DNA from: Patescibacteria group bacterium
GTDB lineage: Bacteria > Patescibacteriota > Microgenomatia > UBA10105 > UBA927
Direction: 5' to 3'
Length of the DNA: 64,000 nucleotides
NCBI GenBank assembly: GCA_038062895.1
Contig: JBBTWJ010000014.1
Location: forward strand, 4,036 to 68,035
Part shown: piece by piece, positions 58,855-64,000 of the stretch
Layout of the letters: each line of letters opens with the position of its first letter
Numbering within the stretch: the first letter of the stretch is position 1
Position numbers and translations under genes: made by a program
Notes under the pieces: generated by a model
What the model saw: only the letters and a program-made list of their open reading frames with translations
Databases searched by the model: none
What the model was told of the DNA's origin: nothing

Positions 58855-59388
58855 AGATTTTTCAAAAAATACTGGCATTTGATCTTTGTAAGCATCCTCA
58901 CGGTCGTTTTGGGGATAGTCACCCTATTGACCACCCAGAAACTCAATCAAACAACGCCCATAGCTCCCAACGTTCCCCAGATCAAACCTAAAGCCGTGGA
59001 ACCTGCCTGCAAACTCACCTTTTCTGTCATACAACCGACGGGAACTCCGACGTCAACGCCAACCTCAACATTGACTCCGGGTCCTACGGCCACTCCGGGG
59101 CCAACGGCAACCCCTGGCCCTACAGCTACACCCGGGCCAACAGCAACACCCAAACCAACGGCTACTCCAAAACCAACCAAAACGCCCACGCCCACGCCCA
59201 CCATGACAGGAGCACCGACGCCGACGAAGACCCCTACACCGACGTCCACGCCAAGACCTATTGTTGAATCATCTCCTTCTGCCCAACCCGTACCAAAAAT
59301 CCCGGTTGCTGGCGCAGGACCGACGATACTGGGAGCTTCTATTATTGCGGGAGGATTTCTGTTCCTGGTGTTGGGATTATTATTCTAA
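58852..59388 (+). CDS. Pro/Thr-rich surface protein with IPVAG-TM tail, copy 1
   Basis: N-terminal TM, TPGPTA repeats, C-terminal TM. Confidence 0.8.
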   Translation: MRFFKKYWHLIFVSILTVVLGIVTLLTTQKLNQTTPIAPNVPQIKPKAVEPACKLTFSVIQPTGTPTSTPTSTLTPGPTATPGPTATPGPTATPGPTATPKPTATPKPTKTPTPTPTMTGAPTPTKTPTPTSTPRPIVESSPSAQPVPKIPVAGAGPTILGASIIAGGFLFLVLGLLF

Positions 59389-59493
59389 CGACAGAAACGT
59401 ATTTTTTATCCCACTTCCTATTGACCTGACTTAGGTTATCTACTACTGTGGATATAGTACCAATTCGCCGTACATCGTTAGGCGTTTCATTCT

Positions 59494-60393
59494 ATGGCAG
59501 ATATTCTTGATTCCGCCCAAGCGCAAATTAACAACGCCGCACAACAAGTGGGTGGTCCACCGGACCCCGCAAATGTTGATCTTGGTGAGTTAGATCTTCC
59601 ATATTCATCACATGCTCATCAAAATAACAACAATCAATCGACAATTTCAAATGACTCCGTTGTTCCCACAGAAACGCCCCCAATGCCCAAATCCCCGCGC
59701 CCCACCGGAGCGGCCGTATCAACACTTCTTTTTCTTTTTGTGACACTCCCTCTCTCTGTTTATTTTATCTCTCAACAACGCGCATTGACGGACCAACGCA
59801 GTAAAGCCGCGTATGTCACAAAAACAAGCGAACTGTATGTTGCCAATCTGAATAAAACGTCATTTTCCGTCATATGGAAAGAAGAAATACCCGCAAAGGG
59901 TTGCGCGGTGGCCAAAAATATCAAAACACAAAAAGAAACAAGGGCTTGCGATGACATCCTCTCGCGTATGCATCTGGTCACCCTCACCAACCTTGATCCG
60001 TACTATTCCTATGCAGTCGCAGGACAAGGCGGAGGAAAAATAAAGCTTCATCCGTTTTTTGGTAATTCCATTATCAGCGGATTATTTGATAAGACAAAGC
60101 CACCTTCCCGTATTGTCCAAGGAACCATTAATCAAGCAAATGGTCAACCCCTTAAGGACGCATTTGTCATCGTCTCGCCGTTTCTTACCGACCGATTCTA
60201 CTTTCCTGTAGCCTCCTACACCGATCAAAACGGAACATATGCCATTGATACGTCACTTATTGACGCCCAAAATCCAAAACCTTACGAATTGATTATCGTA
60301 GAAGTTGTCAATCGGCAGGGACAAACGCTTATCGAGCAAAAAATTCCGAGTCCATCTGGCAATCAAATCGCTACGATTACGTTACTTCAATAA
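59494..60393 (+). CDS. membrane-anchored FN3-like surface protein
   Basis: LDLPYSS plus TM plus QRSKAA; VANLNKTSFSVIW...H.V.L.NL.P. Confidence 0.7.
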   Translation: MADILDSAQAQINNAAQQVGGPPDPANVDLGELDLPYSSHAHQNNNNQSTISNDSVVPTETPPMPKSPRPTGAAVSTLLFLFVTLPLSVYFISQQRALTDQRSKAAYVTKTSELYVANLNKTSFSVIWKEEIPAKGCAVAKNIKTQKETRACDDILSRMHLVTLTNLDPYYSYAVAGQGGGKIKLHPFFGNSIISGLFDKTKPPSRIVQGTINQANGQPLKDAFVIVSPFLTDRFYFPVASYTDQNGTYAIDTSLIDAQNPKPYELIIVEVVNRQGQTLIEQKIPSPSGNQIATITLLQ

Positions 60394-60395
60394 CT

Positions 60396-61529
60396 ATGAA
60401 CACGATAAAAATAATTATCCGCAGCATGGTGCTATGTTTTATAGTAAGCGTAAGTATCGTGATTGCCTTTTCTCCAAAAATTTTTGCCGCGGATAATATG
60501 TGCAATGTCAATCCCGGTTCATGTGATAGTCCGGCAGAATGGGAAGCAGGATGGTATGCAGCGCGCGAGCCGGAGAATCAAAATGCCGCTCCGGCCCAGG
60601 CAGAATATACCCAGCGCAACGAAGGAAATGTCGGAGAAGCCCCACCGGACCGGCCCGTAGAAATTATCCGCCTCGCCGGAGAATCAAACTCCACCAATAG
60701 GAGTGATATTGCAGCAAATGACGCAGCAGCACGAGGTGGTGATGCAGTCAATCCAAGCAAAAGAACAGCAGATGCAATCCAGCTTGATCCGAAGACTCTT
60801 CAACCCATCGGGATAACAACAAGCGGAACGACCGGATCAAGTGGAGGAGCTGCTGCAGCATGTTATGGGATCGGCGGAGGCCAAGTAGAACGGGACTGTC
60901 TGGCCCGGGCTGCAAGCGGCACCTACACATCAGGGGCATGTCGGGGACTCTCCGTCGCCCAATGCGCCGCATTAGGACGGGCTGTATATTGCAATGGATC
61001 ACAAGAAGCAGCAGGAACTTCTCGAGGAGGCGAATTTTTAAGCTGCGGCAAAACATCAACCAACGGATGCGGACAAGTCGATGTGTTTGATGGCAACGAT
61101 ACGCTTATCGGATTTGTCATCGATAAATCCGGATGCGGGGGTCAAACGACGACGACAACCACTCAAAATGCCCCTCCCCGTGATATCACGACGACAATCG
61201 TTACAACGCTTAATCCTACGCCTACTCCCACTCCCGCCCCTGTGTGTGAGACCATCCGCATTTACAACTCCTCCGGCACCGATATCACCGCAAGCCTCAA
61301 AGACGGCAGCAAGAAGCTGGGGATCGGCGAAGAAGTCACCATAGCAACCACAAAAGGAAGTGCAACCAAAGCCCGCTTCCGTATCCAAGGCATTGCAGAC
61401 TGGGCAGAAAATGATCCGTCCAAGACAACGACCACGGAATACCGGTTAACCATACGGATTCCATCAGCCCTCACGCAAACACAAGGAACATTTGAGGTAG
61501 AAGTGTTTGTCAATGGTGTATGGAAATAA
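60396..61529 (+). CDS. secreted Cys-rich protein with shared C-terminal domain
   Basis: Signal peptide ending IFA, Cys-rich region with CGQVDV, Thr/Pro linker. Confidence 0.75.
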   Translation: MNTIKIIIRSMVLCFIVSVSIVIAFSPKIFAADNMCNVNPGSCDSPAEWEAGWYAAREPENQNAAPAQAEYTQRNEGNVGEAPPDRPVEIIRLAGESNSTNRSDIAANDAAARGGDAVNPSKRTADAIQLDPKTLQPIGITTSGTTGSSGGAAAACYGIGGGQVERDCLARAASGTYTSGACRGLSVAQCAALGRAVYCNGSQEAAGTSRGGEFLSCGKTSTNGCGQVDVFDGNDTLIGFVIDKSGCGGQTTTTTTQNAPPRDITTTIVTTLNPTPTPTPAPVCETIRIYNSSGTDITASLKDGSKKLGIGEEVTIATTKGSATKARFRIQGIADWAENDPSKTTTTEYRLTIRIPSALTQTQGTFEVEVFVNGVWK

Positions 61530-61532
61530 ACG

Positions 61533-61667
61533 TATGCCAGGTAGTGAAAATTCGACCGCATCGCAAAGCGATGCTCACTGCCTGATGCATGATGAGTAAT
61601 CTGGTAGAACATCGATGTGATCGATAAAATTATCTGATCTCTTGTCGAATTTCTACTACCTGGTATG
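61533..61667 (+). mobile_element. MITE-like inverted-repeat element bracketed by TATG (copy 4, inside the duplication)
   Basis: Identical to copy 3. Confidence 0.7.
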
Positions 61668-62201
61668 AGATTTTTCAAAAAATACTGGCATTTGATCTTT
61701 GTAAGCATCCTCACGGTCGTTTTGGGGATAGTCACCCTATTGACCACCCAGAAACTCAATCAAACAACGCCCATAGCTCCCAACGTTCCCCAGATCAAAC
61801 CTAAAGCCGTGGAACCTGCCTGCAAACTCACCTTTTCTGTCATACAACCGACGGGAACTCCGACGTCAACGCCAACCTCAACATTGACTCCGGGTCCTAC
61901 GGCCACTCCGGGGCCAACGGCAACCCCTGGCCCTACAGCTACACCCGGGCCAACAGCAACACCCAAACCAACGGCTACTCCAAAACCAACCAAAACGCCC
62001 ACGCCCACGCCCACCATGACAGGAGCACCGACGCCGACGAAGACCCCTACACCGACGTCCACGCCAAGACCTATTGTTGAATCATCTCCTTCTGCCCAAC
62101 CCGTACCAAAAATCCCGGTTGCTGGCGCAGGACCGACGATACTGGGAGCTTCTATTATTGCGGGAGGATTTCTGTTCCTGGTGTTGGGATTATTATTCTA
62201 A
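61665..62201 (+). CDS. Pro/Thr-rich surface protein with IPVAG-TM tail, copy 2
   Basis: Identical to 58852-59388. Confidence 0.8.
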   Translation: MRFFKKYWHLIFVSILTVVLGIVTLLTTQKLNQTTPIAPNVPQIKPKAVEPACKLTFSVIQPTGTPTSTPTSTLTPGPTATPGPTATPGPTATPGPTATPKPTATPKPTKTPTPTPTMTGAPTPTKTPTPTSTPRPIVESSPSAQPVPKIPVAGAGPTILGASIIAGGFLFLVLGLLF

Positions 62202-63221
62202 TTGAGTCTGAATATACTCATGGATCGCAGAGAAGCTGTCCTTTGGTACGAGCGTGTAACGCCCATACATCCACAATGGTGGTTCATATAATAAATCAAC
62301 AAATGAGATCCGTTTGGATTCATTCGTACCCATCTTTATCATTGCTTTTCCTACTGTCGCAAGTTCACCGATGCGCATATCCGTCGTCGTCGCCCGGTCA
62401 AACGCCTCAATAAGTGACCGCGCCCGTGACAGCGAGACCCACGTAGAAGGATTTTTTATTTTGCCAAGAAGCGCCATGAGCACGTCTTGCTGACGCCGAC
62501 CGCGGGCAAAATCGCTCCCTTCATCTCCTTCAGCGTGACGACTGCGCACATACGTAAGAGAACGCTCACCATTCATGTGTTGTATTCCTTGGATAAACGT
62601 CACCGCTTCATATCGGCAGGCAAATGTCCGGTCCCCATCACACAGGTCATTTTCTTTTCCCGCGATCGGAAACTCTGAATCGGTAAACGTTTTCGGAATG
62701 GTAATATCTATGCCTCCCACGATATCAATCGTGCTTTCAAACCCTGAAAAATCGATAAGTAAAACATAATGAATAGGGAGACCCACCACATCCTTCACAA
62801 GTACTTTTGCAAGGGTGAGCCCTCCGCCCTCCTTTTTCACCTCACCATAATGATAGGCACTATTTATTTTATCCTTGAGCGTGTCATTCCAGAGATCGCG
62901 GGGTACGGAAATCATCGCCGTTTTTTGTTTATGAATATCAAACGTAAGTACCAAAATGGTATCCGTCAAGTCTGCCCCCTCGTGACTCCCGCCACCTATG
63001 CCAAGGAGGAGGATATTGGTCCGGCCATCCTGTGATTTGAGGTCAACGCCTGTATTAAATATAAGTTTATAAGCGGTCATGGGAGTTAAACCCGTGGCAA
63101 CCATAAACGACTGAGCCAAAAAAATCATTTTTGCCACACCAAGAATCAACATAAACAACACGATGATAACAGTACCCTTGGTTATTCCGGGAATCATAAT
63201 CCGCTTCATCTTAGGTTGCAT
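62193..63221 (-). CDS. LCP (LytR-CpsA-Psr) family protein
   Basis: NILLLG, LTDTILV, SVPRD, KINSAY, YVRSRH, SDFARGRRQQ. Confidence 0.92.
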   Translation of the reverse strand: MQPKMKRIMIPGITKGTVIIVLFMLILGVAKMIFLAQSFMVATGLTPMTAYKLIFNTGVDLKSQDGRTNILLLGIGGGSHEGADLTDTILVLTFDIHKQKTAMISVPRDLWNDTLKDKINSAYHYGEVKKEGGGLTLAKVLVKDVVGLPIHYVLLIDFSGFESTIDIVGGIDITIPKTFTDSEFPIAGKENDLCDGDRTFACRYEAVTFIQGIQHMNGERSLTYVRSRHAEGDEGSDFARGRRQQDVLMALLGKIKNPSTWVSLSRARSLIEAFDRATTTDMRIGELATVGKAMIKMGTNESKRISFVDLLYEPPLWMYGRYTLVPKDSFSAIHEYIQTQLE

Positions 63222-63224
63222 AAT

Positions 63225-63914
63225 TTATGAGGGTATGGAGGTGGCGTTCTCAATAAGTGATGAAAACTTTTGAGCATCCAAACTCGCGCCTCCCGGCAAT
63301 ACGCCGTCAATTGCAGGTTGAGTCATAAACGCCGCGACGTTATCTGGCGTCACACTCCCTCCATAAATGACACAGAAAACATGAGTTTTTGATTTGATAG
63401 ATTGGATGACCTGTTGCGCATTTTGGGGAGAATCACTTTTTCCGGTACCGATTGCCCACACCGGCTCGTAGGCTACCGCATCCACACCCGCAGGCACAAG
63501 GGTTATATCATCCGGAACACAATAGAGGACAGATAACCCTTCTAATTTCGCTTGAGACGTTTTTTGTGCAAGAACTTCGTCAGTTTCGTGAAAATTCTTT
63601 CTCCGTTCAGAATGACCGATAATAACCCACTGAGCGAGTTCTTTTATTTGTCTGGCGTTCACTTCTCCTGTGTACGCGCCTTGGGCAAACGGCGACACAT
63701 CCTGCGCTCCCAGATCTATCGGAAGCTTTAACCGGTCTATTTCTTGCTTCATCATATAGAGAAGCGTGTAGGGAACACAGAGCACCACAGTCATGTTTTT
63801 CCATTGGATAATTGGATTATTGGATAATTGGATATTCCATTCTTGAAGCCATTGCTTCGCTTCAAGAGTGGTTTTATTGCTCTTCCAATTTCCGGCGATG
63901 AGCACGTTCTTCAT
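63225..63914 (-). CDS. tpiA: triosephosphate isomerase
   Basis: IAGNWK, GAYTGEV, IGHSERR, AYEPVWAIGTG, YGGSV. Confidence 0.96.
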   Translation of the reverse strand: MKNVLIAGNWKSNKTTLEAKQWLQEWNIQLSNNPIIQWKNMTVVLCVPYTLLYMMKQEIDRLKLPIDLGAQDVSPFAQGAYTGEVNARQIKELAQWVIIGHSERRKNFHETDEVLAQKTSQAKLEGLSVLYCVPDDITLVPAGVDAVAYEPVWAIGTGKSDSPQNAQQVIQSIKSKTHVFCVIYGGSVTPDNVAAFMTQPAIDGVLPGGASLDAQKFSSLIENATSIPS

Positions 63915-63933
63915 TATGCTAATATTATATGTT

Positions 63934-64000
63934 ATGTCCGACACCCTCCTCAATGACTTAAACTCCGAACAACAAAAGGCGGTTTTACAGACGGATGGTC
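63934..64000 (+). CDS. UvrD/PcrA helicase N-terminus (partial)
   Basis: MSDTLLNDLNSEQQKAVLQTDG resembles the Q-motif start of UvrD/PcrA; only 22 codons visible. Confidence 0.65.
   Translation, partial: MSDTLLNDLNSEQQKAVLQTDG

Larger units (their letters stand above)
58448..59388 (+). repeat. 941-bp direct repeat, copy 1
   Basis: Appears identical to 61261-62201 (offset 2813); identical ORFs on both strands in the track. Confidence 0.95.
61261..62201 (+). repeat. 941-bp direct repeat, copy 2
   Basis: Appears identical to 58448-59388. Confidence 0.95.

Noticed and set aside
58449-58946. 165-aa antisense ORF, also at 61262-61759, and other long antisense ORFs over ftsK, dnaK, pnp and AMP phosphorylase
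   Set aside because: Shadow frames of well-supported genes; the repeat is explained by the DNA duplication
59040-59250. Pro/Thr tandem repeats as a DNA-level repeat system
   Set aside because: Synonymous positions vary between units, consistent with an ordinary protein linker
32912-62201. Diversity-generating retroelement (Avd-like gene plus a long repeat pair)
   Set aside because: No reverse transcriptase in the window, and the two 941-bp copies show no adenine-specific mismatches
1-64000. CRISPR array or cas genes
   Set aside because: No regularly spaced repeat-spacer array; repeats are tandem, palindromic or gene-spaced

Overview
64-kb chromosomal window from a reduced-genome bacterium. 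The gene set and features (short AlaS, protease-less Lon-like ATPase, AMP phosphorylase, baseplate-J-like membrane protein, very short 5' leaders, many Pro/Thr-rich surface proteins) suggest Patescibacteria/CPR, probably Microgenomates; this is inference only. Layout: an AT-rich accessory island at the left (N6-methyltransferase, lexA, DUF2188, SEC-C/DUF5677; ~1-3.6 kb), a run of Bro-N/KilA-N/Fic genes sharing one upstream motif (3.7-7.6 kb), housekeeping genes (mltG, sortase, alaS, ftsK, rnj, pnp, rpsO, infB, nusA, dnaJ-dnaK-grpE-hrcA with CIRCE, murJ, rpsT, tpiA), a small metabolic operon (22.9-27.4 kb), a vapBC-type pair, a 2.7-kb IS1-family element and a surface-protein region with an exact 941-bp duplication. 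The observations not explained by the ORF track are: (1) the IS1-family element carries a tRNA-Ser(UGA)-like cloverleaf plus a second structured RNA, and its terminal repeat supplies the dnaJ stop codon; (2) a ~125-bp inverted-repeat element occurs four times, always bracketed by TATG and ending at a start codon; (3) a heptamer-built inverted-repeat element occurs both empty and carrying a four-helix-bundle gene; (4) palindromic or tandem repeats are translated in frame inside infB, alaS, tpiA and nusA; (5) an uncalled 36-aa Cys-rich metallothionein-like ORF; (6) sortase-like PxxG-TM tails on several surface proteins. All calls come from reading the sequence by eye; no searches were run.
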